DNA of 64,000 nt, taken from Acidimicrobiia bacterium. GTDB lineage: Bacteria; Actinomycetota; Acidimicrobiia; Spongiisociales; ZC4RG35. The stretch spans positions 1,874,244 to 1,938,243 of the forward strand of contig OZ244034.1 of assembly GCA_965215185.1 (NCBI GenBank). Reading direction: 5' to 3'. A program made the position numbers and the translations under genes. The number at the start of each line of letters is the position of its first letter. Position 1 is the first letter of the stretch. Shown here piece by piece: positions 8,582 to 18,095 of the stretch. The notes under the pieces were generated by a model. It saw nothing but the letters and a program-made list of their open reading frames with translations, searched no databases and was not told where the DNA came from.

Positions 8582-9986
8582 GGGACTTATATACCTAGGT
8601 TGACAGAGCGTCTAGGTGATACTGTTCTGCGGTGTCTGCCAGCATCTTCCGGCCTGAGCCGAAAGATGTCTTACAACAGAGATTTGTAGAGCGCACCGCG
8701 TCGGGAAACACGAGGTCATGTCCCACCCGACCCCAAGGATCCCAGGTGGGATAGTCTCGGGCGCATATGTTGATTGCAGCATTGTGGTCTCTGCACATGG
8801 TCAGTCCACACTGTTCGCACCGGAAGGTTCTCACGTTGAGGGGCATCTTTTGGTGATGCCCGCATCGGGAACAGTCGGTGGAGGTGTGGCGAGGGTTTAC
8901 CCCCGCATAGTGGACACCAGCTTTCGCGGCTTTGTGTTCCAGTATGAGATCGAAGGATCCCCAGCGTTGCTGTGACATCTGTTTGGAGAACAGCTTGGTT
9001 TTCAGCAGTCCGGCGATATTGAGCTTTTCGACAGCTATGCCGTCGTAGGCCTTGACCAGGCGGTCGGCCAGGCGGAAGTCCGACTGGATGGCCTGTTCCT
9101 GTAGGCGGCGGTGCTGTTTGGCGAGAGTGTTTGCGCTTCTTGATGCGAGACCGTGATCCCTTGACGGACCTGCTGAACCGGCGCTGAGCGCGCAACGCCT
9201 GTCGCAGATCCACGGTTGTGGGTGGTAGGTGTTCGCCGTCGGAAGTGACCAGGCGTGACTTGAGGCCCTTGTCCAAACCGACGGGATTGACAGGATCTGC
9301 CACCGGTGGGCGGTCAGGGTGCTTGATGACCGCGTGTATCTCGACTCGCAGAGGAGTGCGGGCCACTCGCAGTTCCACCAGCCGGCCGCTCTCCAACGCG
9401 GTAGTGAGGCGGTCGTGTTTGTCCTCGAACCGTATCTGCGGCACGCCCTTCACCTGTAGTCTCCACCACTTCTCGCTGTGGTTCTTTCTCTCTCCCGGAG
9501 CTTTGAGCATCGCGCGGTCAGCGTTCACAATCTCTATCGACTTCCACCGGTGACGCGGCTTGAAACGGGGAAACCCGGCCTTCTTGGAAGGGTCCTTACA
9601 TCTCTTATAAAAGGCCTGAATAGACCGGTCGAAGCGGCGCAACGTTCCGCGCCCCACTCGAAGGCTCAAACGCTGCCACTCAGGATGGTCCTTGCGTACA
9701 TCGGTGAACATCCGCAGACGGTCATAGTGAGACTGGTTCAGTTCTAGGGGAAGGGGTTCGTCGGGATGGTGTTCTTTCCACCACCGGTATGTGCCCTTCC
9801 ATGATTCCAGGCATGCGTTATACAACTCGCAACACTGCGCGAAGATGTCATCCAAACGACGGTGCGCCGAGCGGGAACAATGCCCTTTCAGCCGGATCGT
9901 CTGCACCCAAGGAACCATCATCTAAAAATATCCCACCCCTGCGAAAAAAGGGGTGGCTGGTTGTCAACCTAGGTATATAAGTCCCC
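8582..9986 (-). mobile_element. TnpB-only IS200/IS605-like element, copy B (near-intact), bounded by perfect 24-bp terminal inverted repeats
   Basis: 8582-8605 gggacttatatacctaggttgaca is the exact reverse complement of 9963-9986. tnpB stop lies 13 bp from one end and tnpB start 65 bp from the other. No target-site duplication detected. Confidence 0.8.
8595..9921 (-). pseudogene. tnpB: tnpB (OrfB_IS605 RNA-guided nuclease) with a single frameshift near 9115-9140; the only defect seen
   Basis: N-terminal ORF 9921-8716 (RRLDDIFAQCCELYNACLESWKG..., RuvC-I GLDKGL). In another frame, ADRLVKAYDGIAVEKLNIAGLLK gives the RuvC-II Glu. C-terminal ORF 8978-8595 has the zinc ribbon CSRCGH...CEQCG, RuvC-III DRDHNAAINI and a stop. 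Confidence 0.75.
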
Positions 9987-10059
9987 ACGATAACCCCTAG
10001 CCCGCGCCGTCGAAGAGGGACGATGGCGTCCCGCCCCCGGGCATCTTGTCTAATCTGGT

Positions 10060-11220
10060 TTGATCATGACCGTCGCAGCGCGGCTTCGTCCGTTCGGGAA
10101 CACCATCTTCACCGAGATATCCCACCGCGCCCGGCAACACAAGGCAGTCGATCTGGGGCAGGGTTTTCCCGATTTCGAGGGCCCGAACTTCGTAAAACAC
10201 GCCGCCAAGACAGGAATCGATGTTGAATCCAACCAGTATCCGCCCTCGATGGGCCTTCCCGTCCTTCGAGAGGCAGTCGCGGCCCGTTTCGAAGACCAGA
10301 CCGGGAGAAAAGCCGACCCCGACCGGAATGTGACGATCACCTCGGGATGCACCGAGGCGCTGGCCGCTACCTTCCTGGGCCTGGTCGAGCCCGGCGATCG
10401 GGTGATCCTTCTGCAGCCCTGGTACGACGCCTATCCGGTGGGATGTTCTCTGGCCGGCGCCGTTCCCCGGTTCGTAACCTTGCGGCCCCCCGAATTCCGA
10501 CTGCCCGAAGCACAGTTGCGACAAGCTTTCGAGGCCGGCGCCCGGGCGATCGTGTTCAACACCCCTCACAATCCCACCGGGCGGGTGTTCACCCAACAGG
10601 AACTGGATCTGGTGGCACAACTATGCATCTCCCATGACGTGATCGCCGTCACCGACGAAGTGTACGAGCACATCCGTTTCGACGACCACCCCCATCTGTC
10701 ATTGGCCTCCTGGCCGGGGATGTGGGAAAGGACCGTAACCTTGTCGTCGGTGGGAAAGAGCTTCTCTCTCACCGGTTGGAAGACCGGATGGGCGGTCGCC
10801 CCGGAGAATCTCACCGCCGGGGTGCGAGCCGCCCACCAGTTTCTCACTTTCACCACCCCCAACCCCATGCAGTACGGCTCGGCCGCGGCTTTGTCGGCGC
10901 CCGGGGAGTATTTCGTGGAGTTACGGGCCCTCTACACCTCCCGGCGGGACCTGTTGGCGGAGGGACTGGACCGACTGGGGTTCGAGGTGTACACGCCGCA
11001 GGGCACCTACTTTCTCCTGGCCGACCACCGGCCGTTCGGATTCCCCGATGACGTGGCCTTCGTCAACCATCTGATCAAGGAAGTGGGGGTGGCGGCCATT
11101 CCCCCGTCGGTGTTCTATAACGATCCATCCGACGGTGCCGAGATGGTCCGCTTCGCCTTCTGCAAGAGCGAGGAGACACTGCGCGCCGCATTGGAGCGCA
11201 TGAAGGCACTCCGCAAATAG
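10060..11220 (+). CDS. class I/II PLP-dependent aminotransferase (methionine/kynurenine aminotransferase-like)
   Basis: 386 aa. Aminotransferase fold I motifs (SVGKSFSLTGWKTGW with the PLP Lys). Resembles YbdL/MalY-type enzymes. Confidence 0.8.
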   Translation: MIMTVAARLRPFGNTIFTEISHRARQHKAVDLGQGFPDFEGPNFVKHAAKTGIDVESNQYPPSMGLPVLREAVAARFEDQTGRKADPDRNVTITSGCTEALAATFLGLVEPGDRVILLQPWYDAYPVGCSLAGAVPRFVTLRPPEFRLPEAQLRQAFEAGARAIVFNTPHNPTGRVFTQQELDLVAQLCISHDVIAVTDEVYEHIRFDDHPHLSLASWPGMWERTVTLSSVGKSFSLTGWKTGWAVAPENLTAGVRAAHQFLTFTTPNPMQYGSAAALSAPGEYFVELRALYTSRRDLLAEGLDRLGFEVYTPQGTYFLLADHRPFGFPDDVAFVNHLIKEVGVAAIPPSVFYNDPSDGAEMVRFAFCKSEETLRAALERMKALRK

Positions 11221-11229
11221 CGCGGAAAG

Positions 11230-12198
11230 TTAGGGGGTGAGGATCACCTTCCCGGTGGTGGCTCTGCCTTCCAGCATCCGGTGGGCCTGGGCCGCATCCC
11301 GCGTGGGAAGACTGTGGCTGATCCGAAGGCTCAGCTCGCCGCTCACCACCATCTGGAACACCGCGGCGGCTCTGGCCAGAAGCTCGGCGCGGGTCAACAC
11401 ATAGTCAGACCCCGTGGGGCGGGTCAAGAACAGCGACCCCTCCTGGGTGAGACGCAGCGGCGCCACGGGAGGCACTGGCCCGCTGGCGTTTCCGAAGGTG
11501 ACCATCATCCCTCGGGGCCGAAGCACGGACAGCCCCCGATCAAAAGTGACCGCGCCCACCCCGTCATAGACCACATCGAGAGGCCTGGGACCTGCGATCT
11601 GCTCCACGGCGTCTCCGAAGTCGACCTCCCGGTAATAGATAACATGGTCGGCCCCCGCGCTCTTGGCAATCCGACCTTTCTCTTTGGACCCCACGGTGGT
11701 GAACACTTCCGCTCCCCGCTGTTTGGCCATCTGGATCAGCAGCAGCCCCACTCCCCCCGCTCCGGCATGCACCAGCGCCCGATCACCCTGTCCGAGGGGG
11801 AAGGTGTCGTGCGCTAGGAAGTGGGCGGTCAGCCCCTGCACCAGCAGCCCCGCCGCCGACTCGATCTCGAGATTCGGGGGTACGGGAACCATCTTCTCCG
11901 CCGGCCCCACTATCTGCTCGGCGTAGGACCCCTGGCATTGGCTCCAGGCCACCCGGTCGCCCACTTCGATTCCTTCCACCCCCTCCCCCAACTCCCGCAC
12001 TATCCCCGCCCCCTCCAGCCCGAGAGTGAAAGGGAGTTCCACCGGATAGAGGCCGGTCCGCTGATAGGTGTCGATGAAATTCACACCCGCGGCCAGCACC
12101 GTGACCAGCGCTTGGCCCCGACCCGGACGCGGATCAGGCACCTCCCTCCACTTCAACTGCTCGGCGGCGCCGTGGCTCTCGACCCTTATTGCGTGCAT
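11230..12198 (-). CDS. qor: NADPH:quinone oxidoreductase / zinc-type alcohol dehydrogenase superfamily (MDR)
   Basis: Likely start MHAIRVESHGAAEQLKW; the 30-codon upstream extension is probably not coding. Rossmann GAGGVG. MDR family. Confidence 0.75.
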   Translation of the reverse strand: MHAIRVESHGAAEQLKWREVPDPRPGRGQALVTVLAAGVNFIDTYQRTGLYPVELPFTLGLEGAGIVRELGEGVEGIEVGDRVAWSQCQGSYAEQIVGPAEKMVPVPPNLEIESAAGLLVQGLTAHFLAHDTFPLGQGDRALVHAGAGGVGLLLIQMAKQRGAEVFTTVGSKEKGRIAKSAGADHVIYYREVDFGDAVEQIAGPRPLDVVYDGVGAVTFDRGLSVLRPRGMMVTFGNASGPVPPVAPLRLTQEGSLFLTRPTGSDYVLTRAELLARAAAVFQMVVSGELSLRISHSLPTRDAAQAHRMLEGRATTGKVILTP

Positions 12199-12324
12199 CT
12201 CACCTCCAGGATGGGAGTCTCGATTCGCCCAGTGTATATCCTGATCGGGGTGGCTGGCAATACCCGTCCGGGGCAACGGACAAGACACAAACGGGGAGGG
12301 ACAATCCGTCTAAGCTGGTGAGCA

Positions 12325-13317
12325 ATGGCAAGAGTACGACTGTTCGCCAGCCTCAGAGAAGCGGCCCGCGCCTCGGAAGTGACCATCGAGGGCGCCACGG
12401 TGGGAGAAATTCTGGAGACCGCCTGCTCCCGTTTCGGGACGCAGTTCGCCGCCGTATTGGCCACCGCCAAGGTTTGGCGCAACGGAGAGGAAGTTGACGC
12501 TTCCCAGCCGGTCAACCCCGACGATGAAATAGCGCTGCTGCCACCCGTCTCCGGTGGCGCCTTGGACTGGGGAAGAGAGTTCGGGTCGACCGGTGTCGGC
12601 ACGCTGATAGTGGTGGCGGCACTAGTGCTGGGCAACCTGTCGGGCGACCTGGACTTGTGGTCGCCCATCCTGGCCGCCATGGTGGGACTGTGGACTGTGG
12701 ACATCACCTCCGCGGCCGCAGATCGGGGATATCGGATCGCGGTTGGAGCGTTGCTGGCAGCGGAAGTAGCCGCCATGGCGATCATCCATCTCATTGGCCC
12801 CTCGGCCCTGTTGCCCGCCCTGGCCATGGGAGCAATTTTCTCTCTGGGCGCGGCCGTCTTCGTGCCGTTCCGACGTCACATAACTTCCATAGCCATATCA
12901 GCCGGCATAGGCACGCTGGCTTGTGGCGCGGTGGCTTCATTGATGCTGACCAGGTCGGTATTCGAGCCAGGGGCTCGGGCGATCGGATTCTTCTTGGCGG
13001 TGACCGTGGGCACCATAATCCTGGCGGAGGTGGCCCGGCGGGTCAGGACCAATCGGCTCTTCAACCGCCAGAACACAGTCGTGATCGGGGTGGTGGTGCT
13101 CTCGGCGCTGGGAGCGCTGCTGTGGGGATTCTCCGTCACCGCATTCCTGTTGATCGGGTTTGGCATGGCGGCAGCCTATCTGGCCGGTGAGGGCTTCGGC
13201 ACTCTGCTTCGCTCCGGGCGATTATGGTCCAATCCGCTGCCCGGAATTCTGGCGAATCTGGACGGCCCACTTTGTGCGGGGATGGTCTTTTTCTCCCTGC
13301 TGACTCTCATTGTCTAA
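12325..13317 (+). CDS. MoaD/ThiS-like beta-grasp sulfur-carrier domain (ending PPVSGG) fused in-frame to a about 7-TM membrane domain
   Basis: The first 80 aa are a canonical MoaD (…DEIALLPPVSGG). The ORF then continues 250 aa through hydrophobic helices with no stop. Confidence 0.5.
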   Translation: MARVRLFASLREAARASEVTIEGATVGEILETACSRFGTQFAAVLATAKVWRNGEEVDASQPVNPDDEIALLPPVSGGALDWGREFGSTGVGTLIVVAALVLGNLSGDLDLWSPILAAMVGLWTVDITSAAADRGYRIAVGALLAAEVAAMAIIHLIGPSALLPALAMGAIFSLGAAVFVPFRRHITSIAISAGIGTLACGAVASLMLTRSVFEPGARAIGFFLAVTVGTIILAEVARRVRTNRLFNRQNTVVIGVVVLSALGALLWGFSVTAFLLIGFGMAAAYLAGEGFGTLLRSGRLWSNPLPGILANLDGPLCAGMVFFSLLTLIV

Positions 13318-13363
13318 CACCGACGGCTCATTAGTCGGCCGATTCTCTTAACCTCTTTTACAT

Positions 13364-14581
13364 ATGGGCACATCGGTGCGTATTCCGGCCGGTCTGGTCC
13401 TCGTAGCGACCCTCATGGGGGTGATCCTGACCGCAGGGGGAGCGGTGCTTTCCATGGCGCAAGAGGAGCAGAACCAGCAAGAGGTATCTCAAATACAGAA
13501 GGAGGAGGTCGACCAGGCCTGCGCGGTCTCCCGGGTTCAACTGGCCGTCTACGAAGACGCCCTGGGTTCTTTCCACGAGGCCACCGCCGAGTGGGATATC
13601 GTTTTGGAAGACATCGAGATAGTACAAGAGCGACACGACGTGACGCTTTCTCTGGCAGCCAGTAAAGCCGCAGAGATGGAAGCCCTACGCGCCGGATTGG
13701 AGCAAACAGCCATCGAAATCTACATGCAGCAGGGCGTTTTGAGTCTCACGCCCTTTCTTGGGGAGACCCCCGGGGATCTGCTGGTCGGCGCCCAGTACCT
13801 GGACAGCGGAACCGACACGAAACTCGCCGAGATCAACAACTACCTCAGCGCTCAGCGAGACCTGGACCGCCATCGGGCCGAAATCGAGGAACTGGGCGCC
13901 GAGCTGGCGCACTTGGAGGACCAACGGCAGGACTGGATGCGGCGTCTGTCGGTGGCTGCCCGCGATCAGCACGCCGCCTGGGATGACCTGGACGAACAAT
14001 GCCAGCAACTGGTCAGACAATGGGAGGCCCAGGAGGCCCGCCGCCGCGCAGAAGAGGCCCGACAGCTCGCAGAAGAGGCCCGCCAGCGCAGGGCGGCCCT
14101 GGCCGCGGCGACCCGGCGGCGTGAACAGAATCGCATCCAAGCCATAGCCCGCGCCGCCCAACAGGGCCAGGGCGTGGGGCCCATCTCCGGGCTGGTCTGT
14201 CCCTTCCCGGGATCATCGTTCGTGGATTCCTGGGGCGCTCCCCGCTCGGGAGGCAGAACCCACCGGGGCGTTGACATGTTCGGTCCTCAAAACGCTCGCC
14301 TGCTTGCGGTGGCAGGCGGAACCATCACCATCGTCAACGGAGGGCTGGGAGGCAGGGGTATCTGGCTTCATTCGGACAACGGAGTCGACTACTACTACGC
14401 TCACCTGAGCGGTTGGGCGGTTAACCAAGGTGACCGTGTGACGGCCGGCCAGGTGGTGGGATACAACGGCGCCAGCGGGAATGCCTATGGGGGACTGCCC
14501 CATCTGCACCTGCAACTTCATCCCAACGGGCGGACATCATCCGCATACAACCCATACCCCACCATCCGAGCGGCTTGTTGA
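13364..14581 (+). CDS. M23-family metallopeptidase with N-terminal signal/TM and coiled-coil (EnvC-like murein endopeptidase)
   Basis: Coiled-coil region (EEARQLAEEARQRRAALAAATRRREQ). C-terminal LytM domain with HRGVDM and HLHLQLH motifs. Confidence 0.8.
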   Translation: MGTSVRIPAGLVLVATLMGVILTAGGAVLSMAQEEQNQQEVSQIQKEEVDQACAVSRVQLAVYEDALGSFHEATAEWDIVLEDIEIVQERHDVTLSLAASKAAEMEALRAGLEQTAIEIYMQQGVLSLTPFLGETPGDLLVGAQYLDSGTDTKLAEINNYLSAQRDLDRHRAEIEELGAELAHLEDQRQDWMRRLSVAARDQHAAWDDLDEQCQQLVRQWEAQEARRRAEEARQLAEEARQRRAALAAATRRREQNRIQAIARAAQQGQGVGPISGLVCPFPGSSFVDSWGAPRSGGRTHRGVDMFGPQNARLLAVAGGTITIVNGGLGGRGIWLHSDNGVDYYYAHLSGWAVNQGDRVTAGQVVGYNGASGNAYGGLPHLHLQLHPNGRTSSAYNPYPTIRAAC

Positions 14582-14585
14582 CCTG

Positions 14586-15500
14586 ATGCGTTCACACCAG
14601 GACTGGGACACCACCGCCTTTAACCTGCCCACCGTCGCCCCTCATCTCGGTCCCTTTCCCGGGCGCGACTTTCTGCGGACGCTCACCGACCAGCGCTTCG
14701 GGGCCCCCACCCGGGTGGAGTTGGCGGAGACCGACGATGGGCTGCTGGCCTTGGAGTGGGAGGAACAGACGGTGCGCATGGCGGGTCGAGCCTCTTTGAC
14801 CGACTATCACAGCCCGCGAGGCGCCTCGGTACCGGCGTTGGTGGCGCAGTGGTGGGAAAGCCAAGAAAAAGGCACGCATCTGGTTTGGGATTCTCTTCCC
14901 CATGCGGCCGCCCGAGCCGTGGAGGCGGGACTGAACCGGGCGGGGGCCAGTGCGGTCACCGAGCAGACCGAGGTGGCGGCAGTATTGCATCTGCCCCCCA
15001 CCTTCACAGAGTATTTGCAGATGGTGACCAAGAAGGAGCGGCACGAGATCCGTCGCAAAGCCAGACGCTACGACAAGGGTCTGGGAGAGGCGACGCTTCG
15101 CACTCGACATGGGCCCGGCTGGGAATTCGAAGAATTCGTTCGACTTCATAAACTGGCTAGCGGGCCCAAAGGACAGTTCATGGATGAGGAAACGACGCCG
15201 CTGTTCCGACAGTTAGTCGATCTTTCCGGTTGGAGGGTCGATGTGTTGGACACCGGGGACGGGCAAGCCGCCGCCTGTGTGTTCGGCTATTCCGACGAAG
15301 ACTGCTATTACCTGTACAACTCCTCCTTCGACCCGTCCCACTCCGCCCTCTCTCCCGGGGTGGTCTTGCTGACTTCTTTAATCGAAAGGGTGATCGGGGA
15401 GGGTCTAACCCGTTTCGATTTCCTGAAGGGAGACGAGACCTACAAACGTCGTCTCGGAGCCGTTTATCGCCCCCTCTACACGGTTACCAGTCGAAAATGA
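14586..15500 (+). CDS. GNAT-family acetyltransferase, CelD/BioF2-like (Acetyltransf_6)
   Basis: Start reassigned to MRSHQDW, immediately after the M23 stop. C-terminal FDFLKGDETYKRRLGA is a CelD-like motif. Stop overlaps the mshA start (ATGA). Confidence 0.55.
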   Translation: MRSHQDWDTTAFNLPTVAPHLGPFPGRDFLRTLTDQRFGAPTRVELAETDDGLLALEWEEQTVRMAGRASLTDYHSPRGASVPALVAQWWESQEKGTHLVWDSLPHAAARAVEAGLNRAGASAVTEQTEVAAVLHLPPTFTEYLQMVTKKERHEIRRKARRYDKGLGEATLRTRHGPGWEFEEFVRLHKLASGPKGQFMDEETTPLFRQLVDLSGWRVDVLDTGDGQAAACVFGYSDEDCYYLYNSSFDPSHSALSPGVVLLTSLIERVIGEGLTRFDFLKGDETYKRRLGAVYRPLYTVTSRK

Positions 15501-16717
15501 TCGCCCGGGTTGCCTTCGTCTCCATGCACACCTCCCCCCTTTTGGACCCGGGGGAAGGCGATGCGGGTGGGATGAACGTCTATCTTCATGAACTGGCGGC
15601 CACGATGGCCGCCCAAAGGGTACAGGTCCAGGTTTTCACCCGCAAGGACCATCCCGAACTGGCCGAGACAGTGCAGGTCGCCCCGGGCTATCAGGTCCAC
15701 CACTTGGAAGCCGGACCTCTGCGCCCACTGCCCATCGAAGCCCAGGTCCCGCATCTGGGGGAGTTCAGCAAGGCGTTGGTGGAGCGACTGGAAGCCGCGG
15801 CGGTCCCCCCCGATTTGGTTCACAGTCACTACTGGCTCTCGGGGTGGGCGGCCCTGGAAGCCAAGGAGCGATTGGGCATCCCGATGGCCAACTCTTTTCA
15901 CACCCTGGGCAGGGTGAAGGACATTACCCGACGGGCGGATCAATCCCCCTCCGACCCGGTGCGGATCGCCGCCGAACAGACCCTGATCGCCAGCGCCAAC
16001 TGTGTGGTGGCCTCCACCCCTTACGAGGCGGACGACCTTATGGATCACTACGGGGCCGATCCCACCAAGCTGTGCGTCTCCCCGCCAGGAGTGAACCGGA
16101 CTTATTTCCAGCCCGGAGACCGGTCCGAGGCCCGGTCGAGACTGGGTTTGGGAGAGGAGCCCCTGGCATTGTTCGTAGGAAGGATCCAGGCCCTGAAAGG
16201 ACCGGACGTGGCGGTGGCCTCGGTGGCGATGGCCCGCGATAGCCTGGAGAATCTCCGTCTGTTGATAGTGGGGGGACCGAGCGGACCCGACGGAGAGCGG
16301 GAAATGCAGGCCCTGCGCCGGGCCGCTTCTGACCTCGGACCCGACGCCGTCCTTTTCCACCCTCCGGTCGGACATAGCCGTCTCGCCGACTACTACCAGG
16401 CGGCGGATGTGCTGCTGGCCCCGTCCCGCAGCGAGTCCTTCGGACTGGTGGCCGCGGAAGCCCAAGCCTGCGGACTGCCGGTGGTGGCCGCTCGGAGGGG
16501 AGGGCTGCGGTACGTCGTGGAGGACGGAGGCTCGGGACTGCTGGTGGATGGCTGGGACCCGCAAGGGTACGCGGCGGCCATCTGCAAGGTGATCGGGGAC
16601 AACCAACTGCGCGCCTCGATGTCCGGGCGGGCGGTGGAATGGGCGCGCCAGTACTCCTGGCAGGCCACCTGCGACCGGCTTTTGGAGTTGTACCGAAGCG
16701 TGCTCTTCCACAGATGA
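15497..16717 (+). CDS. mshA: D-inositol-3-phosphate glycosyltransferase (mycothiol biosynthesis), GT4
   Basis: N-terminus MIARVAFVSMHTSPLLDPGEGDAGGMNVYLHELA matches the MshA signature. GT4 EX7E region at the C-terminus. ATGA overlap with the neighbours. Confidence 0.85.
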   Translation: MIARVAFVSMHTSPLLDPGEGDAGGMNVYLHELAATMAAQRVQVQVFTRKDHPELAETVQVAPGYQVHHLEAGPLRPLPIEAQVPHLGEFSKALVERLEAAAVPPDLVHSHYWLSGWAALEAKERLGIPMANSFHTLGRVKDITRRADQSPSDPVRIAAEQTLIASANCVVASTPYEADDLMDHYGADPTKLCVSPPGVNRTYFQPGDRSEARSRLGLGEEPLALFVGRIQALKGPDVAVASVAMARDSLENLRLLIVGGPSGPDGEREMQALRRAASDLGPDAVLFHPPVGHSRLADYYQAADVLLAPSRSESFGLVAAEAQACGLPVVAARRGGLRYVVEDGGSGLLVDGWDPQGYAAAICKVIGDNQLRASMSGRAVEWARQYSWQATCDRLLELYRSVLFHR

Positions 16718-17133
16718 GCCTTCTCGCCACCATCTTGGTTGAGGCCATCTCCTCGTGGGTGGATGATCCCGAAAGCGATGTCGAGTACTCCGAAAAGGTG
16801 GATGATCGCTGGGCGGTACGGATGCGACAGAGCGTCCGCTCGGCCACCACCGTCTGGTGGACCGTGGGCGACCGAAGCGTCATCGCCGAAGCGTATGTTC
16901 TCCCGGCCCCGCCCGCCAACCAGGTCAATGTGTACCGGCTGTGCCTGTTGCGCAACCACCGCATGTGGCGATGCCATTTCGCGCTCGACCGGGAGGGAGC
17001 GTTGGTGTTGACCGGCCGGCTGGCTGCCGCCGAGGTGAACCCCCACTCATTGGATCTGCTGTTGGGCGAAATGTACGAGGCCGTGGAACTCAGCTTCCGG
17101 CCGCTGGCGATGATGGCCTTTCGCAAAAACTGA
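16714..17133 (+). CDS. YbjN-like domain protein (Rv0487-like, conserved downstream of mshA)
   Basis: 139 aa. Start overlaps the mshA stop. Position is syntenic with actinobacterial mshA neighbours. Confidence 0.5.
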   Translation: MSLLATILVEAISSWVDDPESDVEYSEKVDDRWAVRMRQSVRSATTVWWTVGDRSVIAEAYVLPAPPANQVNVYRLCLLRNHRMWRCHFALDREGALVLTGRLAAAEVNPHSLDLLLGEMYEAVELSFRPLAMMAFRKN

Positions 17134-17416
17134 CCAAATCTGAGAACCGGGGATAATCCACAATCGCGAAAAGAACCCCCGAAAGGCTTGATTAGACCCA
17201 CCCAGCCGGTCCATCCTGTAAGCGGCCGGGCGGAAACCGGGCGTTTCGTCGAGCGTCACCTATAGGGAAGGCGGGATGACACCTAAAATCGCTCGCCCGC
17301 TCGGCCGCCAACGCCCCGATCGTGATCGTGATCGTGGGAGGCTTCAACAAGGATTGGGAAGTTAGACTTTGACGCATAAGGCTGAAAAGGAGCAACAACA
17401 CATAGACCTTGAAGCC

Positions 17417-18067
17417 ATGCAGCGGGAGATGTACCTGCTCCCCGAAGCAGCCCGCCTGCTTCGCATAAATACCACCACCCTGAAAAGATGGCTGGAAGGA
17501 GACGAGCGGCTCCCGCCCGTGATTCGTCCCCAAGCCACAGGATCCGACGCGGTGACCTGGGGAGAGTTTGTGGAAGCAGGTTTTCTGCGGGAATATCGTA
17601 GGTCCTTGAGCCTCCAGAGGATACGTCCCGCTATTGCGAAACTACGGGAAAAATTTGATGTGCCTTATCCCTTGGCGCATTACAAGCCCTTTATCGGACC
17701 AGGGCGCCATTTGACACTGGAGGCGCAACAGGAGGCACAAGTACCCCCAGATCTGTTCATCGTCTGGGAGATAGCAACAGGACAGTTGGCGCTCGCTGAT
17801 TCAGCCTTGGGCTACATCGAGAAAGTCGACTTTGCTGCAGAAGGCAGGCGTTGGGCAGAGCGTATTCATCCAGCGGGACGGGAATCCCCGGTAGTTATCG
17901 ATCCCGATTACTCGTTCGGAGCGCCAACCATCCGGGGCATCAAGACCTACATCATCACCGAACTCGTGGAAGCGGGTGAATCTCTGGAATTCGTAGCAGA
18001 GGGCTACTCGCTTTCGGTGGCTGAAATAGAAGCCGCGGTCGCTTATGAAGGGAAAGCCGCTGCCTAA
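17417..18067 (+). CDS. DUF433-domain protein with N-terminal HTH (putative antitoxin-like partner)
   Basis: C-terminal DPDYSFGAPTIRGIKTYIITELVEAGESLEFVAEGYSLSVAEIEAAVAY is DUF433-like. An HTH-like stretch (EAARLLRINTTTLKRWL). Low GC. Start could be the TTG at 17369. Confidence 0.55.
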   Translation: MQREMYLLPEAARLLRINTTTLKRWLEGDERLPPVIRPQATGSDAVTWGEFVEAGFLREYRRSLSLQRIRPAIAKLREKFDVPYPLAHYKPFIGPGRHLTLEAQQEAQVPPDLFIVWEIATGQLALADSALGYIEKVDFAAEGRRWAERIHPAGRESPVVIDPDYSFGAPTIRGIKTYIITELVEAGESLEFVAEGYSLSVAEIEAAVAYEGKAAA

Positions 18068-18095
18068 GAGAAAGCCGTCCACGGTCCGCTTCTAT

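Noticed and set aside
1874-9986. Target-site duplications or a conserved TAM flanking the two TnpB elements
   Set aside because: Bases abutting the ends differ between copies (…gggag|/|ttcaaag for A, …cgtaga|/|acgataa for B). No direct repeat or shared 4-5-nt motif. Cannot be called from two copies.
15230-15496. N-terminal extension of the mshA ORF (MEGRCVGHRG…)
   Set aside because: Arg/Leu/Pro-rich and overlaps the end of the upstream GNAT gene. The conserved MshA N-terminus begins at MIARVAFVSMHTSP with an ATGA overlap.
15476-17201. 411-aa and 387-aa reverse ORFs over mshA
   Set aside because: Antisense to mshA. Extreme Arg/Pro/Gly composition.
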